Below are positions 20,423 through 33,339 of a stretch of 33,570 nt of DNA, piece by piece. The stretch spans positions 1 to 33,570 of the forward strand of contig CALSCO010001667.1 in the NCBI GenBank assembly GCA_943704415.1, given 5' to 3'. This DNA comes from Parvularia atlantis. Its lineage: Eukaryota. How positions within the stretch are numbered: position 1 is the first letter of the stretch; every line of letters starts with the position of its first letter. The notes under the pieces were generated by a model. It was not told where the DNA came from and searched no databases. It saw nothing but the letters and a program-made list of their open reading frames with translations. The position numbers were made by a program, and so were the translations under genes.

Positions 20423-20428
20423 CACGTG
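20423..20428. promoter_or_regulatory. CACGTG (Pho4-type E-box) about 50 bp upstream of the Pho4-like ATG; CCAAT at 20400-20404
   Basis: gcCACGTGtc lies in the 119-bp gap between the IP3R stop and the bHLH start. Confidence 0.35.
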
Positions 20429-20493
20429 TCGCATCAGCGGGGCCCGCTCATCGCGCCGTTGTCACACAAAGTAGCATCATGGCACTCCCTCCC

Positions 20494-23400
20494 TCAATCC
20501 TCCTCCTCGGCGCCCTCCAGCGCGCTCAGCTGCGTCTGCTGCTGCTGCTGGAGCATGCGCAGCTCGTCCTCGCGCTTGAAGCGCGCCGTCATGCTGCGGC
20601 CGCGCGCATAAACGAACCCATCAGCACCAGCGCCCAAACAAGCGCAAACAACGAGAGCGCACTTCTCCAGCATGCCCTCGATGTTGGTCAGGCGCTCGTC
20701 CAGCTCGTCGCTCGTCTGCTGCAGCGCGATCGCGCGGTTGATCGGGAGCCACGACGCGTCCTGCTGCGCCGCCAGCTCGGCCACGTGCGACTCGTGCGCC
20801 GTGTACTCGTCCGGGTCCTTCTCCTCCAGGTACGTCAGGAAGAACAGGTACGACCACATGTTGTGCTGGTGCTTGATGTGGTGCGAGAAGCCCGTGCCTG
20901 TTGCGCGCACACGCGCGCCCCGTCACCGGCCGAGCCACCGCTCTCAACCTGCGCAAAGCGCACCCTGCTTGTCAAAGTCGTACGAGCGCAGCGAGCAGAT
21001 GAAGCAGTTGCTGCGCATGTCCTCGGCGATCCGGAACTTCTCGTCACGCAACTCAGAGAACGTGTCGACGATCAAACCTGCGCCGCGACCGCGCTCAGCC
21101 CGCCCACCATGCAGCGCGCGCGGTACGCTGCACCAAAGATGATGTTCAGGCCGATCGTCGTAATGATGATGAAGAACGACAGGTCGTAGATTGCGCGCAG
21201 GCCGCTGTACTCCCAGCCCGTCTGCGTCTCTGGCACCACGTACGGCAGCGCGTCGCCGATGCCGCCGCCGGCGCGCAAGCCTGCTCACGACCCCCTCGTG
21301 AGCGCCGCGCTGCACAGCAAACGCGTCCCTCGCACGCGCACCAAAGTTGAGCGTCGTCACAAAGCACTCGCCGAGCGAATCGCAGTACAGGCCGTTGTCG
21401 GTCACGAACGAGCCGCGGTAAAATGCAAAGGCGATGACCGAGTAGATGTAGATTAGGATCACACCCAGCAGCGCGACCTGCCGATGCGCGCTATGAGCGT
21501 GCAAGTGCGGGGCCCCAGCCGCCAACGCACCAGCAGCAGCGAGTCGCCGTTCTTGGTCACCGACTGCAGCGCGCGCTTGAGGATGTCGTTCTTCATGACC
21601 AGGTGGAGCAGGTGGAAGCTGAAGAGGTACCTGTGCGCGCACGCGTCGCGTCAACCGATCGTCGCCGCACAGCGCGCACGAGCGAGCGTGCCCTTGCGTG
21701 AAGATACCGCCCGCAGACATGCCGAGGAAAATCATGTAGTAGACGACCTATTTGCGTGCGCCCGCCCGTCAGCCAACGAGCACCGCGCCCCATCAGCCCG
21801 ACGCACGTTAAAGTTCAGCGCGTCTCGCCACGAGCGTATCGGGTGTTCGAGCAGGTAGTCGGCGACGATGAGCGAGGCCAGGCCGAGGTGCACGGCGCCG
21901 GCGATGTAGATCGTGATCTGCGCGCCCCCATCGTCAGCGCCGCCCGACGTCCGGCTTGCGATCCACGCACCGGGTACCAGAAGTTGGTCACGGGCAGGAC
22001 GATCGTGGTCTCGTCCTCCGCCTGCCACGTCGCGACCATAAGCACGTTCAGGCCCAGCGTCAGGATCATGAACAGGTAGTAGAACCAGATCTCGTTCTTG
22101 ATGATAAACTGCGCGCAACAACACCCCCCTTGAGCAACGACCGGCGCACTCGCGCACACCCACCTTGAAAAACAGGTTCTGCTGCAGCTGCTCCTGGTAC
22201 TTCATGTCGCGACGCAGCTCGTCGCCCAGCTCGAGAAAGTCGCGGATCTGGCGCACCAGCGTTTACGCGCTCGCAGCGGGCGCACGAGCGACGCGCACCT
22301 TGTCCGTGGGCGACTCGCGCGACACGGACCACAGCAGCGCGTCGCGCCGCGCCTGGCTGAGCGTCTTGCGCTGGTGGCCGACGGGGAAGTAGACCTATGT
22401 GCGCGCAGCCAGTATCAGATCGTCTGGTGCAACGATTGCACAGCCCGCGCACCTTCTGCACTTCCTTCTGACGCACGATCTCGATGCTCTCGATCTCCTC
22501 GCTAAACTTGTCGATCATCTGCGCCTCCTCGAGCGCCTTCTCCTTCAGGAACTTGACGGCTTGCTCCTCGTCGGTGTCTGCGCGCTCCCCGCTCCATCAG
22601 CCAAGCCGCGCACGCACGCAACGCATCACCGTCAAACTTGTCCATGTCCTCCTCGTACTCGGCTTGCAGGCTGCCGATGTTGGCCATGAACTGCGCGCGC
22701 GACACGCCGTCACCACCTTTGCGCGGACTCCACCCAGCCCAGGGCGCACCTGCGTCAGGTCCACCTTGCCCGCCACCGACGTCACGCGCTTCTGGCCAAA
22801 CACGCGCAGGTGCAGCTCGTCCTCGACCTCCGGCTCCTCGTACACCTGCCGCAGCCGTCAGCAGCCGCACCCATCTCGCGCTGCGCGCGCCGCGCACGAT
22901 GTGGTCACGGATGCGGCTCAGCGCCACAAAGCAGATGAAGCCGATCTCGCGCGGGTCGTACTCGGTCTCGCGCTTGGACGCCGGGTCGATGTCTGGCGGG
23001 CGGGCACACTCAGCCCTCGCTGCACGGCGCGCGCGCTGCACACGCGCCGATCTCCGAGCGCATTTTTAGCGGCGTGTAGTGCCGGATCGTCGAGCGCACG
23101 GCCGCAATGTCCAGCGAGGCGCGCAGCTGCACCGCACAGAGAACGCCTCAGCACGATGCTGCCAATCAGCGCAGCGCAGCGCGTCCGCACCTCGCGCGCC
23201 ATGTTGTACGCCTTGTCGTTGCCGTCCTCGACCATCGTGCGAATGAGAATGCCACAGGCGCGCTTGAGCAGGAAGGTCTGGTACGGGCGGCACTTGGGGA
23301 ACGACTGCACGCGCATGATGTGGTTGACCACGTCCAAGCCTGCGAGCTCCAACCGCGTAGCGCTCAGCACATGCCATCCCCCCCCCCCCCCCCCCCCCCT

Positions 23401-26400
23401 CCCCGCAACGCCCGCGACCGCACCCTTCGCGTCAAACACGGTCATCTGATTCTCCTGCTCGCCCATTGAGAACTCGACGATCGTCTCCATCACCTGCCGC
23501 GCCAGCGACCAGCTCTGGTCGTCGATGTTGAGGTACAGGACCTTCATGTACTCGACCGACTCGCTCACCTGCGCAGCGAGCACGCACACTCAGCCGCGCA
23601 AACAACGACAGCCCGCGCGCACGAGGTTGATCAGCTTGATGTTGCCCTGCTGCTCGCGCATGTAGCTCTTGACCTCTTGGTTGTGGCGCTCGCAGAACAG
23701 CTGCACGCACGCGCATCAGTCTGCAGCGCGGCCCGCACTCTATGCCCATCGCGTGGCACCTGCATGATGCGGAAGATGAGCTCGGTGAAGCCCACGAGCG
23801 ACCTGAACTTGACAATGTCGTCGTCACCGTCGTCATCGGCCAGCATCAACGCCTGGTCTTCCGCCAGCTTGTTTGGGTCGACGATGCTCGGCCTGCCGCC
23901 ACCGGGTCATCAGCACGCAGCAGGCGACAGCAAGCGCGCGCTCGCACGCACTCCTTGGTCTTGCGACGCTTGTGCATCTCCGCCATCGCGATGCCGCTTT
24001 GGGGGTCGATCAGATCGCCCGACGACGAGATGTCGCCCACGATCGAGTTACTGCGGTCCTCCGCTGCGTGCTCACCGCGTCAGCAGCCCTGCGAGCGCCG
24101 CGTGGAGTGTCCTGCGCCACCGTTGATCGTGTGGTTCTGGCTCGTGTTCTTCTCGAGGCTGTCGGCCGCCTTCTTGCGCGTCTCGCGGCGCGCCGACGCG
24201 GTCTTGAGCGTCGCGGCGATGAGCTGCTCACCTCGTCAGTTGCTGGGGCCGGGATCGACAACGCGCGCACACGCGCACCGACGTGCGCTTCGCCTTGTCG
24301 CGCGCGAGCTGCGTCTGCAGCGTGCGCGCCTCCTTCACCGCGATCGCCGAGCTCGACTGGGCGGGCAGCCGCGCCGCGCGTCAGCCCACGCCCGAGCGCA
24401 CATCCTCCACGACGCACAATGCGGTCGCGCAGGTCCAGGAAGAAGCTCTCATTGCGCGTCGCGCGGAAGCTGTACAGGAACGAGTTCTGGATCTCGCGGT
24501 TGCCGCCCGTGAGCAGCATCGCCAGCAGCCGCATCGCCGCGCGGACCTGCGATGGGCGCGTCAGCCCCGCCCACCTGTCACCCACCAGCGTGAGGCGCGC
24601 GCACGGTGAACTCCTCCGTACTCGTGCACATCGTCAGGATCACCGCCGGCACACCGATCGTATTGAGCTGGTTTTGCACGTTCACGACCGAGTTCCACAC
24701 GTCGCGAATCTCTGCCGCGCGCAGGCCCCATCAGCGCAGTGCAGTGCACGGTCGCGCCGCCGCCCGCCGCCCGCCGCACCGTCCTCGTGAAACTTGGTGT
24801 CGGACGGCATGTGCAGGAACTCGTTCGAGATTGGCGCGCGCAGCAGGCGCAAGTGCTTCAGGTCGAGCTCGTGCTGCACCGCGCCATTAGGCCGCGCTCG
24901 CACGGGCGGACAAACGGGCGCGCCTGGATCTGCCGCTGGTTCTCCTCCATCTGGTCGTAGTGCGCACGCGACGACTGCAGCGCGTGGATTAGCATCTCGG
25001 CCGTCTTCTTCAGGCGCAGGAAGCGCGGCTTCTTGTTGTAGTGCCTGCCGTCCGCGCCAGTGACCGTCAGCGCTCTGCAACCCCGCTCGTCGTGCGCACC
25101 GGTTGCTGTAGTCGTACTCGAAGAACGCCTGCACCTGCCGCTGATACTCCTCACCCAGCGGCATGCCCGCGCCGGCTGGGTCTGTGCGACTGTACCGCGG
25201 CGTGTTCGGGTCGGCCCTGCGCCCGCGCCACGGCCATGAGCTTGTCGCCGCTTTGCTGCCCCGCAAGCGAGCGAGTGCGCACCGGTACGCTTTCTCGAGG
25301 TTGCGCGTGTAGTTGTGCATGTGGTCGTTCAGCTGCAGCTCGACCTTGTAGTGCTGGAACCAGTCGCGGCGCGACGACTTGGTCATGAAGACCTTGTCCA
25401 AGCCCACCTCGGCCTCCTGCACGATGAGCTGCATGCGAGGGTCAGCTGCGGCGCCCCAGGGCTCAGCCGGCACAAAGCGCGCCTTGCCCTCATCGTCAAA
25501 CTCGGCCTGGCGCTTCGTCTGCGCCTTCTCGGTCACACGCTTGAGTTCGTTCTGCAGGTAGCCCTCGAAGCGCGTCATCTGGTCGTCGTCAAACGTCTCG
25601 GCCTACAATCGAGCGCCGCGTCAGCGGCAGCAGCGCCGCCAAGCCCGCTCGCGGCCGCGCCTTCTGCATGATCAGCAGGACCATCGTCGTCTGCTTGATG
25701 CGGCGGCGCGTGCCAAACTCGGGCACCTGCGTGCCAGGGCGCCGCGTATCAGCCGCAAGCATGGCAGGAGCCCGTCCACCGCAACGCACATCGTACATCC
25801 GCTGCATGTAGTCCAGCATCGTGTCCACACCCATCGCGACGATCTCGCGGTGCTTCGGCAGCGCCTTGGCGAGTGCGTCCGTCATCTTGTAGTAGCTGTG
25901 GACAACGTCAGTCGCACGTTCGCCCAGCGGGCGCACGCAGCGCGCACCGCTCGTAGAATACGCGCAGGAACGGCAGGCACGCTTCCATGATGAAGATCAC
26001 GTCCTGCTCGCCCTCGTCCGTCTCGAAGATCTTGGACAGGTCCTGCGGCAGCGCACATGCGTAAGGCGCAACGGTGCGCGCGGGCGCTCGGCTGCTCATG
26101 CCTTGCTGAAGATCACGCGCGTTTGCTCGAGCATCTTATTCATCCAGAACCAGATTTCGGGGCGCGACTGCAAGTCCCCCAGCTCGGCCTCGACCTGACG
26201 CACGAGCACTGCGTCAGCTCCGCGCGCAGGCACGGTGCATCGCACGCACCGCCGACGAGTCACTGTTGAGGTACGCCCACAGGAAGAAGCGCATGTACGG
26301 GCGGCGGAAGTTCATCGTGATCTTGTCGTTGGCCAGCACCTGTGCGCGGCACGCCATCAGCGCCCACGCAGCCCCGCCGCACGTGCCGCACCGCCATCAG

Positions 26401-29400
26401 CTGGTCGGGCGAGAAGATGTTCTGGCACATCGACTCGATGAAGCGGTTGTCGCCTATGCGCGCGATCGTTGCACCTCAGCAGCCAGCGCATACCGATCAG
26501 TCACGCACCCTCGCAGCACGTCGCCAGCATGCGCACGAGGCGCACGTGGTACAGCAGCGCGCGGTTCTCGTCGCTCACCCACCAGCGCTTGTACTCGTCC
26601 GAGTTCTTGTCGAGCTTGTTCATGGCCACGGTCTTGGCGCTTCCCTGCGCGCAGCGCGGTGGCGTATCAGGGCGCAGCGCGCAGATACAGCACTCGCTGC
26701 CGGTGCACCTCCTCCAGCATCTTAATGCGGATGTCATCCTCGCGCGGGTCGACCATCGTGATCGTCTCGGCGCGGTTCTGCATCAGCTGTTTGATGACCA
26801 TGTTCTGGTTGCGCCGGATGGGAAGCTGCAGCGACTCGATCTTGACAATGATGTTGAGGAACTGCGCAGCCGGCCGATGAGCAAGCAGCCGCCGGCGTGG
26901 GCGGCGGCGTGCGCGCATGCGCACCTGCGAGATCTCAAACGCCTTGAAGCGCGCCATGTACCGGACCATCTGCGCGATGTGCTTCTCCTTGATCTTGAGG
27001 CACAGCTCCTGGTTGCCACGGAAGATCTGTGCGCACGGAGGCGCGGCTCGTTAGCTCTGCGCGGCATGGCTGGCATTGTGCGCGCGCACGCGCCTGCGTC
27101 AGGCAGTTGGCCAGCGGGCGGATCGCGACCTCGCCGAGGCTGAGCAGGAACGGCATGCGCTCAAACATCTTCTCCTGTGTCGACACTGTCAGCGCGGCCG
27201 CCCACGCTTGCGACCTGGCGCACCTGGATCACGTTATTGCCGCGGCAGAACTTTTGCAAAAAGTCCAGCCCGGCCGAGATCACCTGGACCATGCCTGTGC
27301 GCGCGCGTGCGTGTCTGCGTCAGGCACCCACCCTCCGTGCATGTGCGTGCACACCGTCGTAGTCCTCCTTGATGTTCTTGTCGACGGGCGCGGCAAGCAG
27401 CGAGAAGATGATCGGCAGGGCCTTGCTCTGGTACATGATCTGCACGTTGATGGCATTGCTCTCGAGCGGGTCGTTGTGCAGCGAGCTGTGCGCCGGGCTT
27501 GAGCGCGCGAGCACGCTCCCGCCTGCCCGTGCGCACCAGAGCGCGCTCATGTCGTTGATCGCCTTGAGCACTTCCTTGCGGTCGTCGTTGTTGAGCTTGA
27601 CGCCGATGAAGCGGCGCAGCACGCCGAGCTGCCGTGTGCCAGTCCGGGTCAGCGGCCGCCAAACACCGCACCGAGGTGCCGACACGCACGCTGCGCTGCA
27701 CAGTCGCGTTGCACTCGAACGACTCCTTTGTGACAATCAGGCGCGACCAAATCGACTTCTCAAACAGGTTCCACGTCTGTGCGGCGACCACGTCAGCCGC
27801 CAGACGCCGCGACAGCGCGCACCCGCGCACCTGTGTGAAGTGCCGGTTGACGACGTTCATGGCTGCGGCGACGACGTGTGAGCGGCGCACGGCGCGTCTT
27901 GTGCACAGCAACGCACCCATGAACGTGAGCTGGTGGTTGTTGTAACGCGCGATCTGCAGAAACACGTCGACCAGGCGGCCCTTGGGCTGCATCGCCACCT
28001 GCTGCGAGAACGTCGGGAGAGTGATCTGGCCCGTCGTGAACGCCGCCTGCACGATCGTGTCGCTCTCGTACACGTCCAGGTAGTCGTCGCGTTTGCGCAG
28101 GACCTCGAGGTAGCGGTGCACGGCATCGGTGCTGACGGGGTGCTTGAAGTCGTCGGCGTAGGCCTGTCCACACGCGCGCATGTCCGGCATTAGACTCGCT
28201 GCAGCAGCACAGCGTGCGCATGCGGCACACCGGCAGCAGGCCCTGCAGCTCAGCCGGCAGGTCGCGCGTGCTGCTGAAGAGCTGCGCACCGGCCGGATGC
28301 TTGGCGTGGTACTCAGCCAGCTGTGCGGCGAGCGGCGCTGGTCAGCTAGCAAGCGGGATACGCGTGAAGTCGTGCACGGCACCATCTTGTAGTCACACAG
28401 GAAGGCACGAATGCGACCGCCCAGACGGTAGTTGAACAGGCCGTCGAGGATGAGCGCGCCCTGGCAGACGCATGCCGGCGTCAGAGGCTGGGCGCGGCAC
28501 CAGCACGCCGCAGAGCACCTGGTACTTGGCGTCGGCCATCGCGTTGTTCTCGGGCGACTCGCGGAAGCACTCCTCTGACTCGATCCACTCGCGCTGGTCC
28601 TTCCTCTCCTGCTTGCTGTGCTTCTTGTCTGCGAGGCGCACAGCCCTCAGCCACCAACTGACCGCAAACACGCGGGCAGGCGCGCACCCGTCGTCACGTC
28701 GAGGCAGTCAAACAGCGGCCGCAGCAGCTCCTGGATCAGGTTCGGCTTGCTGTAGTAGCTGCGGACGTGTGGGGTGAGCTGCCCTTCCGACCTCAGTGCC
28801 AGCCGCAGCGCACCCAAACAGCACGAGGCGCTGCGCCAGCATAAGCACGCTGCGCGTGAGCTTGTTGTCGTCGATGTGCGACGCGACCATGCACTTGTTC
28901 TCGACGAGGTGGCTGGGCGGACGAGACGTGAGACGCGTGCCGCCTGGCCACGCCTGCGCCGCAATGGCACGCACCGCGTGATGAACGCGTGCAGGTCCAT
29001 GAAGAACGGCAGCTTGGCGCCGCTTAGCGACTCACCCAACGGCACCTCAAACTGCGCGTATTTGGTCGGCAGGTTGTCCCATGTGAACGTGAGCTGCGCA
29101 CAGGGACAACGTCTGAGACAACAACCACGGCTGCCCGAAGGGAGCGTGCCGCGCACCTTGACCTGGTTGAGCACGGGCAGGTTGGGCGCGACATCGATGA
29201 ACGTGTTGACGAGGAGCTCGCAGTAGAGCGCGCGCAGCAGTGGCGGCAACTTGAAGGCCTTGTTGGTCGAGGCGACGATGCACTCGTTGTGCGTCACAAA
29301 CTGCCGCGTGACGATCTGCGGCGCGCCCGTCAGTGCATGCTTGCGTGCGTGCACAAGGACGTGGCACACGGGCCGCGCACCTCGATATTGCCCTCGTTGC

Positions 29401-32400
29401 GGCCGACGCACATCTTGGACAGCAGGTCGAGCTGGGCGAGGAAGAACGCGTAGTTTTCGTTTTTCTGCATGCACGCATGAGCACATGCTCGAGAGCTGCC
29501 CACACGCACGCACGCACCTTCTCGCAAAAAGTGCGCAGGTCGATCCACGTGCCCGTGACCGACGCCTTCTTGATCTGCACAATGTGCGTGATCTACCGCG
29601 CGCCCCAGGACCGTTAGCGTCGCACGCAGTTGCCGCGGCGGACAGCGCACCCCGGGCTCGTTGGCCTCCACCACGCGCGTGTCGTACAGCAGGCCGCCGA
29701 CCTTTTGGACCTTCATGAGCTCTGCCATGACGTAGTTCTGGGTGAGCGAGATCGGCCTGCGCGCACGCGCGGGTCAGGCTCGCACAGGCACGCCTATGGC
29801 ACGCCCAGACGCACTTGCCGAGGCACACGCAGAGCACCTGCAGGAAGCGCAGGTAGGATGGGTCGTCGCGCTTCTCGAGCCACGTGATGAACGCGCGGAT
29901 CTGCGCCGGCTCAATGCGGTCGAGGATCTGCGGCGGATGAGCTGGGTCAGGGCGCACTGCGTCACAGTGAAGCACGGGGAGCACACGCGCCTTGCGGTTG
30001 TCGTTCACCAGCTCCATGAGCATCCCGGCCGTGTTGAGGTCGTAGCCAATCTGCGGTGGCCGGCGCCGTAAGCTGTCAGGCCACGGCGAGCCCTGGCGCC
30101 GTCGCGCACACCTGCGACTGGAAGAAGGGGATGTGGCGCGCGAGGTACAGCTCGTTCTTGCGGCTGCTGTCAAGATACTGGCGCGGCGCGGCCAGGTCAG
30201 CGTCACCGTTGCGCGCGCGCGCGTTCTGCGACGCACCTTCGTCAGCAGCGAGTAGGTCTGCCGGCAGAGCGCGAGCAGGCGCGAGTTCTTCTCGACGTCT
30301 TCGATGTTCTCACCGGCCTTGTTGAAGTCGGGGATGTGCTCGTAGCCTGGCGCAGGTGCGCGCCTCGTGCGTGAGACGCGAAGCATCAGCCACCGCGCAC
30401 GAGCGCACCGGCCGGCGCGTGGAAGGGCGCCTTGACGAGCAGCACGAGGATGTCGACCAGGCGCTGGTGGCGCAGGATCTTCTGCTTGTTCTTGCGAGCG
30501 CGGCTGTTGTCCTCCGTCAGGAACTCCTTGAGCGCGTTGATCGTCTCAATCACAAGCTGCGCACAAACGCGTCATTGCCTACTCACGCCCGCCCGCGCGA
30601 CGCCGCACAAAGTGGTCCGCGTTCTCGATCAGCATGTTGCGGGCGTACATGTCCACCTGGCGTGCGATGGTCGGGATGCAGCCCGCGACAAAGTTGAAGT
30701 TCTGGCGGGCATGAGCCGCGTGAGACCCAGCGCACACGCGAGGTCGGTGCACCCGCACGCACGCGCAACGACTCGTGCTCGATCGGCAGGATGGCGTAGG
30801 CGTCGTCGTAGCGCATCTATGGGCCGTGCATTAGCGGGGGGACCGCGCAGAAGCAAGGGGGCCAACCTCGGCGATGACGACCAGCTGCTGCTTGGATGCG
30901 TTGTCCCACTCGAGCAGGTCCATGGACGAGATCTTGCTCTGCGCGCGCGTTTGAGGGTGCGGGCCGACGCGCCACGGGTTGCTGGCGTACGCGGTTCTGG
31001 TACTGGCGGTACTGGTACGGCTTTTCGGTCGCGTGCAGCCAAAACTCGGACGTGACGTGCTGGATGCGGCAGAACGCTGCAGGATTGGCGCTGTGAGACG
31101 CATGCACTGTCCCATGCGAACGCGCGCACAGTTGTAAGGAACCTCGCTCGACTCGCGCGTGACGGCGTGCAGCGCGAAGCGCGCATCCGGGTCCTGCGCA
31201 ACAGAGGGGCTCGCACACAACCGCAGCAGTGTACACGCGCTGAGCGCACCTTGCGGTTGGTGGTCGTGCTGGGAACCCAGCAGCCGCTCGTGTCCTTGCG
31301 CACGACGAGGTAGCGGCGCGTGCACATGTTGCGCAGGCGGATCCACTTGCTCCAGCGGACGATGTCGCCCTGCGCGCTGTCCTCAAAGTGCTCGACCTGG
31401 CCAGCGCGCACGCACGCCGCGTGGCATGAGCGACGCAGACGCGCGTGTGGCATGCAGAAGCGCACACCTGCCAGTAGCAGATGCCGAGGTTGCTGCGCAC
31501 GGCGCTCTCGTTGGCGCGGTCCTTGCGGCGGCGCATGTGCACCTGCGGGGGGGAGCGTGGGCATGTCAGGCGGCTGCGCGTGCACGGCCCTGCACCCGCG
31601 TGCACGCACGTCCTCGTACTCGCCCTTGCCCGTGAACGAGCCCTCGGCCGTGATGAAGCTGTCAGTCTCCTTGTGGTGCAGGCAGATGACGTCGCCGCCC
31701 TGCGCGGCACAGCCAGCCGTCAGCGCTGAACTGCACAAACAGGCACACACGTGCGCGCTCGCACCGCCAGGAAGCGGTGCGTGCTCTCGAGTGACTTGTC
31801 GGTGCGCGTGAACGGCACGTGGCGCATGAGCACGAACGACGTCTTGGCCACGGCGAGGTCGATCTCGTGGGCGCGCGCGCAGAGCGAGCCGTCGGCGAAC
31901 TATGCCGCGAGAGTGAGCGCGAGCACACCAGAGGCGTGGGCGCGCACCTTGTGCGGGCTGATGTGGATGTACTGGCCCGACGTCTTGATGCTCTCGAGCA
32001 CGATCTGGTCGTTGTAGCGCACGACGTCGCCCTCGGAGCGCACCTTGAAGCGCGGCATGATGCGGAAGAGCGTGTCTGTGTGCGCGCGCGCGCGCGCGGG
32101 ATCAGTGTTGAAGCGCGGGGCGCGCACGGCGCACTCTTGGTGGTCTCCTTGGCGAGCGACGTGCGCATCGCCGTCACGTCGAGCAGCGCGGCGTCGGTGG
32201 CGCTGATGTGCAGGAACATGTGCGTCATGTCGTGGCGCAGCTGGATCGCCTGGCCGTAGACGAGCGCGCGGCCGCGCTGCACGCGCCCGAGAGCGATCAG
32301 CGTCGTTGTCGCGGGTCCATCGGGCCATCAGACGCACCTGGCGCGCCTGCTCCATCACGTTGTCGCGAGTCTCGGCCTTGGCAAGCTTCTGCAGCTCGGT

Positions 32401-32919
32401 CATCTCGCTGTCCTCCTCGAGCGCGTTGTCGACCTTGGACTGCGGGGCGCGCGCGCGCGTGTGTCAGCGAGTTGTCGCGGCGACGACGAGGCGCGCCTTC
32501 TTCATGTTCTTGATGCGCTTGCGCAGCTTCTTGGCGTTCTTGTACTTGTTGGGCGCGAGGATCTGCGCGCGGGGCCTAGTTTAGCGCCGTGCGGGCCGCA
32601 CGGACGGGGAACTGCGCGCGAAACGCGCCTGGAAGACCGCGCCCTTGACGTTGTTGAGCGCCGGGTTCTTCTCGCTGTTGGTCACGACGAAGAGCACGTT
32701 GGTCATGACCGGGTTCTCGGCGTACACGAAGCCCTTGAGCTGCGCACGTGCGACGGCTCAGCGCCGCCGCCCTAGGGATCCCGCCCGCAGCCGCCGCACC
32801 TCGCTCTCGTAGAACATGACCGAGTCGCCGAAGCGGACAGCGTCCGTCACTAGCTCGGCCGCGCCCTGCGCGCCGCCGCCGCCGCCGCCACCGCCGCCAC
32901 CGCTGGTGACGAGGGCCAT
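20494..32919 (-). CDS. ITPR: Inositol 1,4,5-trisphosphate receptor Ca2+-release channel, about 75 short introns (manual count)
   Basis: Suppressor/MIR region: VRFGDSV, LVYGQAIQLRH, FRIMPRFKVRSEGDVVRYND, GGDVICLHHKE. RIH motifs: KQKILRHQ, RKNELY, LLATCCEG^DN, IMQ^LFCERHN. Pore region: CDSLGECF...F^GLRAGGGIGD, YDLSFFIIITTIGLNIIF^GLIVDTFSELRDEK. Zinc finger: CFICSL...HHIKHQHNMWSYLFF. Start MALVTSG (ATG 32919); stop after EEED. Confidence 0.96.
23378..23399. repeat. C22 homopolymer (G22 on the transcribed strand) inside an IP3R intron
   Basis: Directly visible within the intron at about 23340-23423. Confidence 0.9.
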
Positions 32920-33030
32920 CCCTCTTGTGCTGTAAGCGGTGCGCTGTGCGTGGCGCGCGGCGCGGGTCAGACGAGGGCGCAACGCGCGCCGTGAGCGGTC
33001 CGTAAGGCGGAATGGGCGAGATCCGCCGCG

Positions 33031-33057
33031 CTGATTGGCCGGTGAGGCGTGACGTCA
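33031..33057. promoter_or_regulatory. Inverted CCAAT box (CTGATTGGCC) and palindromic CRE-like TGACGTCA in the IP3R/SPX divergent promoter
   Basis: ctgattggccggtgaggcgtgacgtca lies about 110-140 bp upstream of the IP3R ATG. Confidence 0.35.
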
Positions 33058-33339
33058 GCCACCGGCCATTGCGGGATGCGCATGGCTGGGTTTTGTTGCC
33101 GCGCGGCCTGATCGATTCGCGCGGCCCTCGCCGTTCCGCGCCGCGCCGCGCCGCCCTGCAGCCCCCTCCTCCGCACGCCATCAATCGATCGAGCAATCGG
33201 CATGTTCCAGCAGCCGCAGGTGCGTGACGCGCGCCCCGCGCTTGCGTAAGCGATCGGCGGCCGTGATTATAAGCCGCCTGCATCGGCTGACACCGGCCCC
33301 TCTCTCTGCGCTCTCTCTCGCCACGTCGATCGCCCACTG

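Noticed and set aside
21631..21691. Additional possible GC-AG intron in IP3R (GG|GCACGC)
   Set aside because: A same-phase canonical TC|GTGCGC donor lies 12 nt downstream, so it was not counted.
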